From: Lytechinus pictus
Taxonomy: Eukaryota
Assembly: GCF_037042905.1 (NCBI RefSeq)
Contig: NC_087245.1
Location: 22,446,001-22,510,000, forward strand
Reading direction: 5' to 3'
Length of the DNA: 64,000 nucleotides
Shown here piece after piece: positions 48,501 through 64,000 of this stretch. The position numbers were made by a program, and so were the translations under genes. The notes under the pieces were generated by a model. The model saw only the letters and a program-made list of their open reading frames with translations. It had not been told where the DNA came from and did not search any database. The stretch's first letter is position 1. The number at the start of each line of letters is the position of its first letter.

Positions 48501-51500
48501 TTCCAACATTCATTCATTTCGTCACTGCTCATTTTGATCTTCGTCACTATTCAATGTATTAACCCTCCTCATTTTTTTTGGCAAATAAAAGCCCGTTCTC
48601 TCGGTTCGCATCGCCCCTCTTTCTTCGCTTTGAATGAAAGAAATACATTTCTAACCTCCTATGAATTTATATAGCAGTAGTCACAAGATTGGGAAATCGA
48701 TAACCATTTGCGAAATGTCGTTGGTAAAAGAAAAAATGTTTTCAAATTATTTCATTTTTTGAATAATCAATGTTGGGGAAGCAAAATACAGAGAGTAAAA
48801 AAAAATGGGAGAAAAAAAGGAAGAACCTTGTTCATACGATACCTTGACTATTGCACTTTAAAAAAATGTTGACTCAGTGTTGGTTAAATAATGAATATGT
48901 ATGTTAGGAGAAATGATACCAAACAATGTGTAAATATTCCACAAACATTTAATACACAAAGTTGTGAGGAAACATATCAATGTACATACATGTATATATT
49001 TACCTAATAGTTATATGGAACAGTGTTTCACCGGCAAAACATACATGTTGCCTTTTTACCCATTAGGTAAAGTTCTATTCAACAGTTGTTTTTTTTCTTT
49101 TAGAATATGTTTAAGAACTTGTGTAGGTGAATGAAAGCCCTTTCATTTGAATTATTTTTTAAAAGTGTATACATTATGCTAAAATATTTAATAGCTGAAA
49201 AGATATTGACGAGAGACATCAATGGCCAGAAATTGCTCTTCATCAGTTCCCCCTTTCTTAAAATTCTTATTTAATATTTCTATATATGATCATATTTTTA
49301 TACAAATTATGTGCTTACTTAAATTCAAAATTTCAAAAGAAGTGAAGTTAGTTCAATTCTTTATTTCATTCCCATTCAAATATAATATACAAAGTGATGT
49401 AAATCACATACAAATGAACGGATTTACATTATAAAGAAAAGTAGTAAAATATTTTAAAACAAATTCTATATTTGGAAATGATTTATTTATGCATATTGCT
49501 AAAAACTAGGATCCATAGCTCCACGTGTGAACGCGTCGTAGGAATCATTATACGACTTCATCTGAAAAAATGGAAGATTTTATTCAGGAATTCAGGAATG
49601 AATCCCTCATGCACTAAATCATGAATCAGCGCAATTTTAACCATTCACGTCTATATTATAACATGACAGATTGGCAGCAGAGTGGTTGAGCATTCATTTG
49701 GCAACATTATAAATGAATAATATTTCAATGGGTCCATTGAATAAATAAATTGTCAGTGGAGATATTTTATGTCTATCCGCAAGATAGTTGCTGCGCTGAT
49801 TACTGTGCAGGGAATGCAATTTCACTTTCAATGCGTTTTCAGGATTCTTCCGGGCTCCCTTTTGTTATCATTTATTTATTTATTTTTCTTTTTATTTATT
49901 ATTATTTTTTTTTTTTTTGGGGGGGGGGGGTTGTTATCATATTGTTAGGTACGCTAGTGCTTCTGGGCAAGGTGGGTGAGGGAGTTGGTGGAATAGCCCT
50001 GAGCCCCCTGACAGCGCACCCTGAAGTAGTTAGGAAACAGTGAAAATGGACTCTCAGAATGGCCTATGCCAACAAATAAATGAATAAAGATACACCTTAT
50101 TCAATATTCTTTTTTCGTTATGTCCTGGGTTAGATTGGTTGAGTCTGTCTATTAAAAAATCCTAATCATTCATTTTTTTTAAATTTAATAAAAGATCGCT
50201 TAACATTGAATGTAACCGTGAGACGTTGATGACTGAATACCCTGTTGCGGTCTATTTACACTGTCATGTTTTCTAAATGAAGAATTATAAAGCTATATAG
50301 GAAAAGGATGGGAATTGAATGTGATGGGATATTTTTTGTATTGAAGATCTCTGACTGAGATAGATAAGTGGGCGGAGAAATCGATTTTTCTCGTATTCAA
50401 AAGGTTTTCTTTACCCTGACCATAATTGAACTGAGCATGATATAATAACGAAGAAAATTTATGTCTACAAATCAATCACTATTTTTAAAGAGATGGAGAC
50501 CGTTGATATATTTCCAGTCCGTTTAGCTAGCAACAACATGATTTATATACCAGTGCCTGGCTGAATAAATTCATTGAAATGCTTGTGCGCTGTCGAAAAG
50601 GCTTGCCAGACTATCTACATGTCCATGTATATCCGAAGTCCCTATGTGCTATACATGTATTATATACAAGAAATGAAAATTCGTTTGTTTATTATTTTGT
50701 TGAGACATTTACATATCTTCTTATTTGTTTGGTAAATCATTTATTCAATTATTAAATTAGTTATTCATTTAGATTATTCTAATACCCCTACTCATCCCCT
50801 TTCTCTCTACTTCTTTTACGTATGGTAATAAGTTTAAATGTTATTTCTGAATTTTTGGTTAGGTAATTGATTGATTGAATAAAACATTCATTACTCAATT
50901 ACTGATTTGTTTCATATACATACTTCATTTATTCATTCTCAAATTTTTCATGATTTGACTTTTGTGATCTGTATGATTTTTAATGCTTGAATGAAGCAAA
51001 CTAAACTGAGTTGATAAGTTTAAATGTAATTCTATCGAGCATGTTGAAGAATAGATATACGCTACATAAATCGTATTTGGCTTGTGTGTTTTTAATGAAC
51101 AAAATCACATGTTCTCTTTATAGATATAATTTATATTTTGTTACTTATTTCTTATATGATTTGGGGGTATAGTAGCACCCCCAAGAAAATCCCAGGACAA
51201 TACACCAGCGTGTGTAAGTTGGCATCCCATATACTGTGTATTCTTTATACATGGTCCATATCAATTTATTCGTTGGTCACGTTTTCTTCTCTCATTAAGA
51301 GCCCAATTATCATTTAATTAAGGTCGGTTGTCTACCGGATGTATGGCGAGTAATTTCACCATAATAACCACCGATTCTTTCCTCCTTGATACATCCGCTT
51401 TATACACGGCGTCCATGCAACTTTATATGCAAAACAACACGTAGTCTTTTTTTTATAATGATATCTCATGATCTCAATTATTGCTTGAATGGTACTTTCG

Positions 51501-54337
51501 GTGGAAAGAAATAGTAATGTTGGTAATTCATTTCAAGATCGTTTCGCAGCATGCGATGAATAGAACAGAATGAAAGCATAAGTTATGGAAACAGTAACAA
51601 AAATTCATATAACAATATACAAATGAAAAAGATGACTATGTACGCGTATTCTTCTATTTATTTTATTCAGGTATCGATAGTCAAATTCTGTTGTACTTGG
51701 GGGCCCTGTATAACATAACATAACATAAAACAAAACAAAATACATGCATATGTACAATACAAATCCTAAACATAAACAGATGGAAATTTGAGGTCTAATA
51801 ACGGAAAATTGTATATGAAATTGAGAACAATAATTTAACCCAGGGCTACAAGTAAAAAAGCGATAGGGGAAAGAAAGATATGTTGGGATGAGATGAGGTG
51901 AAAAAGAAAAATAGGGAGCTAGATCAGAAGAAGGCGGCACATGACCATACTTTTACACTATAATATAACATTATATAACAACATATTAGTATATTGACTT
52001 CCGACTCAGCTTGGTTATAAAATACTTATATGAACAGACTAAGATAAAGAGTGTGAACGACTGTCGGCGGAAGGGGAGATATTGCAAATAAAATAAAGAT
52101 TCGAAAAAAATATTGAAAAACACCGAAAACTTTCAACTATACACAATTCAATCAATGTTAGATTATATCCATTGTCGATTTTTTTTTTAATAAATAGATT
52201 GAAATATATAAGTTTGAAGATGATGTAGAGGCAGCAATCGAAATCGGGTACATCAACAAGATTCTTATTTTTTGAGTCGGAGTGAATTGGTGAAGGTAAT
52301 CAACAAATTCCCTCATATCCTCCACAGACACGCCCACACGATAAGGACAATCTTGTACAGGAAAAATCCTTCTCAAGCATCCCAAGGCATGCATGGTAAC
52401 AGAAAAAAAACACGTTTTTAATGAATGGCATATCTTCAAGCATAAATACAATTCCCTGTTAAAAATGACGTACACTGTAAAAAAACATTGGGTAAAATTT
52501 CAACCAGCACGAGGACGTGGAGCATATTGTCCAGTAAGGTTAAAAAACAAGCAGCAATTACAATAGAATGGGCAAAATTTTCATCACATTGGATAAATGA
52601 AAGTGCCCCAAAGAAATGCCCAATGTATAGGTTGGACACATAATTACCCTCATGGACCACTTTTACCCAATATTTCTTCGAGTGTGAATAAAGTTTCACA
52701 ATACTTCTATCAGACAGTGTTTTTTTTTCATTTGTAGGGCATGATTCAAGTATACATTGGTGTTATACCACACAGGTGGAAGTCAAATTTTAGTGGCCTA
52801 TTTGGGCAGCACAGGAAATTTCCTTTTGACAGTCGTTTTTGAAACTTTCTTTTTAATTGTGTGTATCTTCCGATATCGGGAATTCTCACTTTCTCTCACC
52901 TGTATCCAACAGACTAAGAAAAAAAGGTTAACTTACGAACCCTTGGGTAAGGGGGTTAGGTACATTTTGGCACAATGCTATGCAACTTTGGGCCCCTTTG
53001 GCATGTTTGGGCACCATTGATTATGAAGTTAGGTACACTGTGAACCTAATAGTGTGCAGAGTTTTACCCTTTATAAGAAAGGTGAAGGTGCATAGTTGCA
53101 CCTTTTAGGGTGTTGATGAGCATTTCCGAAATTAAACAAGAACAAAAAGTAGAATTTTTGCACCACTTTTAACTTAGGGGGCAAGGTTTTACCCCATACG
53201 TGTGGCTATGATGTTGCATGTAGGATGGAAACTTGAGCCGTTATTTTTTTAACGTGAAGGAAGACCAGACACAGCTCCTATGTAGGCGCTTGCATACTGA
53301 GACAACTAACCTTTGAAAGTAAATGAATCTTACAATACTTGAGCGTTCCGACACAAATGCTTCTGATTATGCGTAAAAGAACTTTCAATCGATTTCCAGG
53401 CATCAAAACTGAACAAAATATATGAACACAAAATATATATGAGAAAGCTTCAAAGATCCTTTGTATCATCACATACATGAAATACAGGATATAATATTCA
53501 TGATCAGGAAATACTTCAGTCGTTAAAAATGAAATTCATCAACCCCGCTCCCATTCTTTGCACGCATTCAGCCTACGGTACCCCCAACTAATAATAACAT
53601 ATCTATGTCCATAATAACCTATGTATTTGCTGGCGGTCATGCATAATGTTTTTATTCACGATTGTATTGCAATAGCGTTATAATATTAATCCGATATTAC
53701 GCTTAGTCGCCCCGTGGTGCGATGGTTTTTGACCACAAGGTTAGGATAAATCTGTATCACGTGTTGATCCACTAGGCCTAATATTTTCCTAAAACAACCG
53801 CAACCAGTAATTTCTGAAGTAAGAAAAACAGTTGGTTTATGTTATATTATGTGAAATCGCAAATGGGGAAACTGACTGACTGGTAGGCCCTTTAGCTGTT
53901 GGCAAAAGAGGTAAAAAGGCCGGGTGATTTTCCACTTCATTAATGTTAAATTAGAATTACACCTTAAGGTAATGTTTGATCATTGATACGGGTTAATGAA
54001 GCTGAATATTCACACACAGAATAGTTTAAATAAACTCGGATCAGTGATCATCTAATATATATCCACTGGTGCAGTAAACTTTATGCACCCTCCCCTTTCC
54101 AGGTCCCGGTCGCTCGTATAGCGCAAGTTTGGAAGTGGAACATTGCATTCGACACTTTAAAGGGGACTTTTGGCGCTGTTTCATAAGGTTGTTTCCGAAG
54201 TTCGTAAATAATAAGAGTCGCCCAAACAGTAATCATCTATTTCCCATGATATATTTACAAACAGTTACTTTATTTCAAATAATTTCATTCATATTTCAAA
54301 CAAATATATAATATTTACCTGAAAATAGGGGTGTCGC

Positions 54338-55185
54338 CAGTGGCGTAAAAACGGGGGGGGGGGGGGCATGGGGGCACGTGCCCCCCCCCCCCCCATCGGC
54401 TGGCCAAAACAAAACGGAGAAAAGGAGAAAAAGAGGGGAAAAGAAAGAGAAACGTAGTAGGGAAGAAGAAATTACTGTACATTATTATGTTACATATTAT
54501 ATATGTTATGTTATATGACATAAGAAATATTTTTTTCATAACTTTATGAAACATAATTTGCTCAGGGCCTATTTGTTCATCATTCCTGTACTCGCATTGT
54601 CTGTTTAACGAGATATATAATCGTGTTGTACTTAAACGTCCTGTTTTCAAGTCAATATATTTCCTCGCAGTTCCTCGCAGAGTTCTTATTTATGTAATGA
54701 CATAACATGCTTCTTTTTCATGACTACTTAAAGTGATTGCCCCATTTTAAGGTCTGTATATAAAACATTTCCTGTCCGTGCTTACGTTCGAATTAGTGGA
54801 TTGGTGAGATATGTCTGCTCTTCATGAATTCCTAAAATCAGTCCTTAAAATGTCTCTTTTTCTAATCTAAATATAAAAAAATTTCAGCTCGCGCTTCGCG
54901 CTCGCATCATTTGGTTAGTGAAATACGTATGGTCTTCGTAAATTCCTACAAACAAGCCTTAAAATGCTTCTCTTCAGGTCTGAACTTCCTAAATTTACAG
55001 CTCGCGCTCGCATCATTTGATCATAGAGATACATTACATATCCGTTTAATGGTACAGTCCTTAAAATGTCTCTATTTAAGGTCAATAGGCCTATACCTGG
55101 CAATTGAGCGCGCTTCGCGCGCTCACTGAGTGACTCAAATTTTTGCTGGTGCCCCCCCCATGCCGTGACCCACGGTACGCCACTG
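54338..55185. mobile_element. hAT-like non-autonomous element
   Basis: CAGTGGCGTA / TACGCCACTG TIR; 8-bp TSD GGTGTCGC/GGCGTCGC (7 of 8 match). Confidence 0.88.
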
Positions 55186-55918
55186 GGCGTCGCTAAGAGG
55201 GGTGAGGGTGGGGCAAGACGAGCTAAAGATGACGTCATTTTTCCTCAATTAAACGATAGGGGCATAAACACGTAAACATCCCTAAACGCTTGTTTATCGT
55301 CTCCTTTTTTTTGTCTTCCTTCCCTTTTCATGCATTTCCTTTCCTTTTCCCTCCATTTTTCCCTCCTATTTTCACTACTTGGATCATCATAGGATGCCCC
55401 TCTGCCCTCGTTTATCTCACCCCTGCCTACTAAAAAAAAGTACCTCCACAGTAAAACAAGTTTATCACTCTCTATTGATTTAAATTTACTACTGTGATTG
55501 AAAAGCATTGAGACAAACCACAGTTTACTGGCATATTCCAGTACTAACTTTTCCAACTGCTTTCCGACGATACACTTCTATATAGCTACATGAGTTTTCT
55601 TCTTCTTCCTTCTCTTTTGTCTTTTCTAAGGCCTCATTCCATACCTCATTAACAATGTATTTACAATATTTAAATATATCATCAGTGTAAGGCATAGTTG
55701 CAAATATGTGACGAATTACAATATTAAACTACCATTGCAAATAAGTGGTGAGAGGATGACAAGATACCAAAAAAGGCATAGGAGTTGCTTGCCTTGAGTA
55801 TTGGGTGAATTTTTGGTGAAATTAAATCTCACAAAAAAGGAATAGGGGAATGGCGTTGTATCGATAAACCCCTAAATGTCAATTCTGTACAGGATTGAAA
55901 GTTTATTGTCTAAGCCAG

Positions 55919-56065
55919 GGGAGTGTTTCATCAACATTTTCATCCGACAAGTTGACAGATCTGACATCTTTCCCTGATGTTGATTGGCTGAGAGGCACTG
56001 TTTCTATGGTAACTGTCGGATAAAGGGAACTTGTCTGATAAAACGTCCTTTCACGAAACGCTTCC
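55919..56065. mobile_element. Harbinger-like MITE
   Basis: GGGAGTGTTTCAT / CACGAAACGCTTCC ends between CAG and CTG. Confidence 0.65.
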
Positions 56066-58529
56066 CTGGACTAAGTTTTCGCCACCCCCTTTTTGCTCAA
56101 TATGACCACACGTGTTTCGAATAACCCCCCCCCCATTGGTACCCCCATCCTTTTTTAAATTGACCCTAAAATGGGTTCGGATATGGCGGTTTACACGACA
56201 CATCCCATTGACACCTAGACTCAGTATAGCACCGTCTCCCTCTGTAGCTATCATGTACTTTCCTAACCCTTCCAAATTTGTGCTACCATCGTCCACCCTT
56301 GTCTTGTCCTCTCACAGTCTTAACTCGATCATAACCCCCGCCCCGACTGTCGCGGGACCTATAAGCGTGCTAAGCGTGACCTTAATTTAAGTTTACTGCT
56401 AAGTCACGCTCACTCTAATTCGCCTCAAATGGATTTGACGTAGGCACAGTTCCCATTGCTGCGTCGTTCCATATCACGAGACGTGAAATCACAGAAAAAG
56501 CACGCATGCTGACATTCAGACCGATACATCTAGGGTAGTACGAGCGGTCCCTTTTAGTATAAATGACTCACGTTTGGACTCTTATCTCTAGAATGAATCG
56601 TCAATAATTCTCAATCTTATGATGACGAGCTAATGTGAGATTGCAATAAACCTCAAGTGCTCGAATGTCCGCATTTTGACCAGTTTGTAATGGCTGAAAG
56701 AGACTTTTGACATCGATGTTTTTCATTGTTTCATTTCCTTTATTTCCTTTATTTCATCTCATACCTTTCTTTTTTTGAGGGGGGGGGTCGGGGAGTATGT
56801 TTTAAAAATAGTGTTTTCTTGATGTCGATTTTGCCTGCAAGAAACTTTCAGGTTGTGATCTTTCATGTAGATGAGAGAAATATCGCTTCCAAGTGCATGG
56901 GGAGTGGAGAGTGAATATATTGTGTGCGGGCAAACCACATTATACCCACTACTTAGCCATGGATTTTTAACAGTGGAGGACTGGACGAGGAAGCGAAGCA
57001 ATTTGCCATGCAGGGGAACATGTAGGAGGGGTAGTCAGCAACCTCCCACGGCAAAGGTGTGATTTGACAGACTGGTATAGGAACAATGCATGAAGTTTGT
57101 GATGGTTAACCATAGAATGGGGGGGGGGGTACGGTGTCGCCCTTAGGTCGCCTTGTCCCCCATAAGAATATCCCGTCACTCCCCCTGTACCCCATCTCTC
57201 TCTGACACCGCCATTATCCAACAGTCGATCCTCTTGTAGTACTTTAAGCCACGCCTCTTCTAAGGCAGCTCACCTGGTGTCCGTATTTACATCGAAAATG
57301 AAACATTGGCTATCCATGTATTCTTCCATTGAGAGAGAATTACAGTTTGCCAGGGAAACCACATATGCATGCAGCATTTATGTGCGATCGATCATTCTTA
57401 CAGCGTATATCGCTATTAATATGAGTACTCTTTACATTTCCGCGTTGCAAAGTACTCCACAATAAAGAGATTAATGAGAAAAATGTCCCGGGGAAAATGT
57501 TAACAAGGACCAATTGGCAAACATTAAGAAATGATGTTTTAATAAAGTGCAATGATTGATTGTATGGCAAATATACCAGCAAATTTAATCATTTTAATAT
57601 TTAAGGACACAAAACTGTATTCATCTGTAAACTATAAGGAATGCTGGGTAGAAATAGTAACATGCTATTGTTTCCGTATTATACGGTAATAGAGCAGATG
57701 CCGCGCATGATGGAGCGCGATTTCGGGAAAGAGCTTAGAGTGTTGCCAATTTAGCAGGTCGTTTTGCGAGGACAATGATTGCATTCTCAAAATATACATG
57801 TATATCATCAAAGGGTTGTTTTGTGACCATCAGACCATACTGCGTTCGGAGTGGTGTAGGATTCAATTCGATTCCGCATGATCAATAAATAAGAAACAGG
57901 ACAAAATTTCCGCAAATCTTTGTTATTAGTTGGTTGTTCAACTGCGACTGAGTCCAAAGTGGGACGAATCCATAATCTGATATTCCAACGTAATCCTCTC
58001 ATCCTGTCACCCCGCTCTCTCCAACAAATTATTGATTATGATGACGATGAGATACGAGTTCGCTTGTCCTCGGCGCGGAAATGATAGCAGTTCTCCTCGA
58101 TTGAGTTTTATTTCTGTCTCTCTCCCCTTTCTCTCCCCCTCTCATCTGTTCTCTTCCTCACTCCATCAGCATGTTCAGACGTCTGCGTCGATAATCCTAT
58201 TTCTCTAAGAAATCGGGAACATTCATTAATTTGCAAGAATTGCTTCTTCTCTTCTGGAATAGGTCTCCTTCGTCAGCCTCACTACATAACATTATCCATT
58301 GTTTGTGGATTCCGTATTGAATCATGATAATTCACGTCTTCTTCTATTTCTCCGCACCATATAAAGTATAATAATGGAGATTTCATGCTCGATGACATAT
58401 TTTCTATTCCAGGAGCGAATAATGTTTTGATTCTGTAAATATAGGCTGTCAATGCTAGGCGTTCGGTTGAATAACAAATCGTCTCGCTCTTGATTACACG
58501 AGTGCTGGGAAAACATGAATGCTTGTAAT

Positions 58530-58925
58530 AAATGTAGACCTACCAATAGTTTACGTATGCTACGATCATCGTACGATGGACTCTTCCACGATTTTTCGGG
58601 CACATCGTAGATTGATGCGGGCTACGTTTTTCTATGTTTACATTCTGTACTGTCATCGGACGATTTAATTTGTCGGGCATCGTATAGAAGGCAAAAGACA
58701 AAATCATCGAGGCCGTAACATGCCACTGTGCTGATTGTACGATGATTGTACTTTGCACGATGCTACTGCGCCGATACTACGATGTCCCTACGATGTATTT
58801 GATGGCTAATATCTTACGATTTTAAAAAACTTTGTAAATGTCTCCACGCTATGCAAAATCGTAGACCCTACGATGGTCGTAAATCCATACGAAAAATCAT
58901 ACGATCATCGCACCACACACCAGGA
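58530..58925. mobile_element. Degenerate MITE rich in ATCGTA/TACGAT subterminal repeats
   Basis: Dense repeated hexamer in both orientations; ends not well defined. Confidence 0.5.
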
Positions 58926-59019
58926 CCTATTGGACTGAGGGATCAACACAGTTTAACCTGAAGAAAATTATCACGATAAACAGGGATAATAGTGCATGGG
59001 CTTACATATGGCATAATCA

Positions 59020-59098
59020 ATACCAAAGCGCACCAACTGAGTTTTGAACCCCGACTGACGAGTTGTGTTCTTACCGCTTTATCAACTGAGCTGTCCAG
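59020..59098 (-). mobile_element. Degenerate tRNA-derived SINE head, related to the 7357 copy
   Basis: Minus strand reads CAGCTCAGTTG...GGGTTCAAAACTCAGTTGGTGCGCT. Confidence 0.55.
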
Positions 59099-62000
59099 CA
59101 ATTCACAATTCACCATGAGTGTCATTGATCCCAAGGACCACTTTTCATGAGCCGAAATCGGGATCGTAATTCATGGCACCGAAGAAGAGAGACTTATTTT
59201 GATATACATCGATGATCGCGAATCATAAGGGGCAATATTCATATTACGTTATTAGGCTTGCTAGTCATGAATGGAGAAAATTGTTTATATTAATAATGTG
59301 AGGAAAAAAAATAGTGGCCCCAATGTCTGTTATGAATAGCAACTCTTATGAATATGAACAATGACCCTTTTCCCCCAAAGCCATATGATTAACAAGTCCT
59401 TCTCCGTTAACACTGGCGGTGACGAACAGATTGGGGGCCTTGGTGGCGCTTGCCCCCCCCTTCCCCCCAAAATAACGACCACGAAAAAAAGAGTAAAGGA
59501 AAGAAAAAGTAGAGAGAAGGGTGAAATATATAATTTTCTTAATATTTTTTAAAAAATCTATCACATAATTTGATTTTTGTAATGAAAATATAAAAATTTT
59601 GCTCGCTCAAAAGAATTAAAAAAAAAATCGACCGATACGCCATATCTGGACCCTCATTTTGTTTGCCTTATCATGACACTGTAGACTAGCGTTTGTCTTT
59701 TTCATTATGAATAGCAAGCTTTATGTCACAATGACCATAGAAATGACCTTATGTCGGGGGGGGGGGGGAGTTACGCCACAGACCCCCACCCCCTTTTCCG
59801 ATCGCCAATTTTATCTCCTCATCGTAATATGAATACTCGCTCCCACTGAGAGACAACATCGCAACATATCATTTGTTATCAAATCAAGTCATTCATCTAT
59901 GACTCTCTTTGAGGATGATTATAATGACTATAATTAAAAACACTGAATTATCAACATTTAAAAGAATAACCTTGATTTTATTCAAATATTGCTCACGAGG
60001 TCCATGAACGTGATGACTACTCAAGGCAAAAGTAATGCCCAGTGTGATGAGAACTTATCATAAAATATCATACCTTTGCCTATCTATTTAGACTTAGTGC
60101 AACTATCAATGCAACATAGATCATCAGCCAATCAAAATCAAGGTTATGTCATGGTATCAACTAATAGTAGTTAATTGTGCATTATCACAACTGAATCATA
60201 TTCAGAACCAAATGAAACATATCTCTCCTTTTTAAGAAGAATATTTGTCACTATTATATGATTGTATTCAATTTGACAAGGGGAACACTTTGATGCATAT
60301 ACTCGTAAATACATTTTCTTCTAATTTTGCTTATTTTCGTTTGAACGTAAATTGTTCATATTTCGATGGGGGGGGGGGACGTTTGTTCTTGCCATACTAT
60401 GAGTCAGATGGGTGCTACAGACATGACAGTGGACAGAGGGTCGACTGCCCCTTTATGGTTTTCAAGTAGTGACAAAAAAGGAAGGAAAATTCGAAAAGGA
60501 GGAATGATAGGGCAAGAATTTGAAGATAGAAGAAAAAAGAGGCCTCGGTCGTCGTGTAAGTCTGGTACAATCGTAATACAATTGAGAAAGAATATGACGT
60601 CACCCTTTGGCCGACTTGCCCCCCCCCCCCCTGCCCGCGCCAACCTGTCAAATGCTCTAGCATAGCACATGTAAGTAGTAGAACACCATCTGAAATAATG
60701 ATAAAAATTAATTGATCAAGGTTAGTGAACGATTAATACGGTGAGTTGACCACGAAGTGAATGAGTTGGTCAGCAACTGGCGCTATATTTGCCTCATTGA
60801 GTCAACGGCAAAACTTATCTATCCATTGATAAAATGACATGCATATCCTGTTGAAATGGAAAATATAGAATCAAAAATAGAAAAAAAGGAAATTGATATT
60901 TTTAATGGTACCTGAGTGGCGCCGCTTTGCAAAAACTCAGACCAACTCCAAACTAACTTATTTTCGCATTTAAAGTTTCAGAGTGCATGGTCAAACTCTT
61001 GCCGGACTTATGCCGGCCCTCTGCCGATCTTTCGTCAATGACTGGTGACGGTCTAATACCTTAAGGTACATATGCGATGAGTCAAGTACAACAAAACAAA
61101 GATTTGGGGCAGAATGCCTAATCGAGAAGACACCGCATGAAGTCTGCTAGATCATAAAGTTTTTTAACGTTCATTTATCTGCCAACACCATCATCACAAT
61201 AGAGAGATGGGGGGGGGGGGGGGTGGGCAACTAGACATTTGACTAATCAAGTCTACTGAATCGTCATTGAGCCATTTTCTCTACATGTATTATATAAGTA
61301 CCTTTTAAAAGAGTACTCGTCTCGGCTGACATAACTTTTATAGTATTGTAAAGATTATAGTTTCTATAATTTAATAAGGATAAGGGTCGCAAAGGTGACG
61401 ATGTGGCTCGATATTTGTTAGTGTAGTCATTGTCAGAAAAGTTCAACATAATAAAATGTGCAGTGAGATATCCATTGACAAACAAAATTCTGACACGCAT
61501 TTGACTTATCGCGTTAAAATACTTAGTTATATATTTGTGTGAAAAGAAAAAGCGGAATAAAAATAATGTAGGTCACACTGCGACCTTTATATTCTCGGCG
61601 TCCCTATCTGATTGCAGCTTGTCTGAATACAAGTCTTGGTTAGATTTCAATCAAACTTTTTCATAAATTTTATATCGCATTCAAAAGAATATGATTCGAT
61701 TATACAGTCGAGGTACAACTCAAAATAAAGCAAAGCAAAAAGGAGAAACAACCTCAAAATCGATTCGCCAGTCTGCTAGACGATTTTGAGGTGGATTATG
61801 GAAATAAGCTTTATACCAGGGAATTCGGGGAGTATGGGATAAAATGGGTGGTCAAATCAATTTGACGCAATCTTCGGATTGATAAAAATTGGTAACCGTA
61901 TTGGCTGTATATTATTGTGGTTTGAGAATGACTAATATTCACGTTTATCAGATTGGTCGATAAAGAAATTTTGAGAATTATCATTAGTTTATGGAATCAG

Positions 62001-64000
62001 CCGTACGCTTACAGCATGCATAGGGTAACGATGCTGTGATTTCAAACGATTTGAAACATTACAACACTTTCGAAGATGCGAAAATGATGGATGGAGAAAA
62101 CTTCCGAAGTAGACTTAATATGTTTAAGACATGTAAGATGAAAACAATAAATTGTTTCTTTGTTTCTGAAATTTGATGGCCTAATTTGTCTGAAGTTTAG
62201 GCCTGTGGGCTGCTACACCGAAATGCCCCAAATAGGCCTATATACGTTGGGACAACATCCATTCTTCGTCAGCCCCACCCTGGAAAAAAACTCGAGAATA
62301 TCGGCCTTCGTGGGCACACTACAACAATAATCCTCAACAAAGAAAGATGAACAGAAGACGAAATGCGGGCAGAGGAGGTCGAGCAACCGGTCGCCCGTCC
62401 CGGCAGCAGCCCGACACCTATCTCTTGAAAGGCCGTTGGCTGACAGCTGTCTTGGTCGTCCGTATTCAAACAACATAAACTCTTTTTGATTTTCTCCTCC
62501 AAATAGGTGCGCTGTACAAACAGATTTTCCGTTATTTTGGGCAGCTGCTTGGTAGTCTCATGTCACCCTTCACTTTACAGACCCGTCAAAACTCCATCAA
62601 TGACTCCGTACTGGAATGATCCCACTCGACGCTTACAATGTTCATGCCTGTACTAAGTTGGCTCTCGAGAAAACAAATGCTGATAAAATGCCTTAAAAAG
62701 TTGGTAACGCTCATCGTCAACAGGCGATGTTTTCTGTCAGAAACCAACCAACTTCACAAGAATAACAAACTTTCATTAAAAACTTAAACAAAGATTAAAA
62801 ATAGAACGACGGCAAATATGGTATAGCATGAACTTCTCATAAACAATAAACATCGTCACCAGAGCAGAGAATGTTCACTTTTTAGCTCTTCAAAAACTCT
62901 TTAGATTCTCAATCATAACGTTAATATCTTGACAAGGATTTTACCTTCAGATTTTCGCAATATAATAAAGACAGGTAAAGAAATGCCACATAAATTTGAG
63001 TGAGACGAAACAAGTAAATAGAATTAGCGGGAAACTTGCAGGACATAAAATTATTAGGACGCCCGATACTAACGCTACGTGGGCAAATGCAATCATGTCA
63101 GAAATGAACAATGGTGGAGCGCGACGCCATGCCATCTGGAAAGCGTTTCATGAATACTTTATCATGTTTATAGTAATGGATTTCGCTGACAACTGTTAAA
63201 AGCGACTGTAATCATAGATTCTGATTGGCTGATAGGAAAATACGAACATTTGCAGAAAAAACTCTTTATGAAAAGCTCCCCATAATTTCATGTCGATACG
63301 AGTCTTATCGTATTACCGATGAGTGCAAGATGCAAAACGTTGAGGTTGCCGTTCAAACGATTTCATTTCGCTCGATCTAGAATCGCGGTAACGTGGACCT
63401 TACTGTTTTCAAGGTGTCATCAATTTGCGAAAAAAAAACCCATAGATTAAATGAAATGACAAGAAACCCGACACTGATTCCAATTATGATATGATTCCTA
63501 TATATACCATCCCATTCAACTAGTTCGTCAAACAGAGGAAAAATATTTTCCATTTTAAGTTATTGACGGCTATCATAGTAATCTGACGCTACAGGTATTA
63601 CATCGATGATACTACCTCTTTCAAAAGTTCTGAGGGTCACATGACTCTGTCCCATTTGCCTTTTTCTAGTCATCATATTATATATTAATGTTGACGAATA
63701 TGATTGCGTTTGAAAAGAATATTGGCAGATGACGTTCCAATAAATCCAATTCAATCACAAAATCATCCGATATCTAAACCGTGTTATTTGCTGAATTAAA
63801 AACACACTTTATCATACATGCCATCTCATTCTTGGTCGGTGAAGGTGTGACGAGTAGATACAAATGACACCAATAGCGTGAGCGATCATGTCCAAAATAG
63901 TGTGACGTCATCTGTATTTGTCGTTTGTCCATGCGGGTGACCAAGGGCGCTCAAGGGCAAACCCGCGGTCATCGAGGTGTCCGTGCCATTGTGGACGAAG

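Noticed and set aside
47335..48509. His/Ile/Met-rich ORFs
   Set aside because: Derived from degenerate CAT/CAC repeats.
35000..64000. Additional protein-coding genes
   Set aside because: I found no ORF or splice-bounded segment with a recognisable protein; small isolated exons could have been missed by manual reading.

Overview
Eukaryotic, AT-rich, repeat-dense genomic DNA. The repeat landscape suggests an invertebrate deuterostome, probably a sea urchin (inference, not checked). The left half holds one complete 24-exon protein-coding gene on the + strand, exocyst component 3 (EXOC3/Sec6; 4242-33110; 2229-nt CDS, 742 aa; all introns GT-AG and phase-compatible). Intron 3 contains a 6.08-kb element (8893-14971) with 49-bp terminal inverted repeats and a TA target duplication. 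It has no recognisable transposase but carries an antisense two-exon gene for a Cys-motif / Pro-rich / coiled-coil / BEN-domain protein, broken only by three in-frame TGA codons. Just downstream of EXOC3 lie a duplicate of the C-terminal coding segment and a decayed antisense SAM-domain (SAMD3-like) gene fragment. I found no supportable gene in the remaining ~30 kb. The window also holds many MITEs (hAT-, Harbinger-, Kolobok- and CACTG-type ends), tRNA-derived SINEs, a Helentron/HINE-like tandem-repeat element, and micro- and minisatellites. All family and domain assignments come from manual motif recognition; no database search was run.
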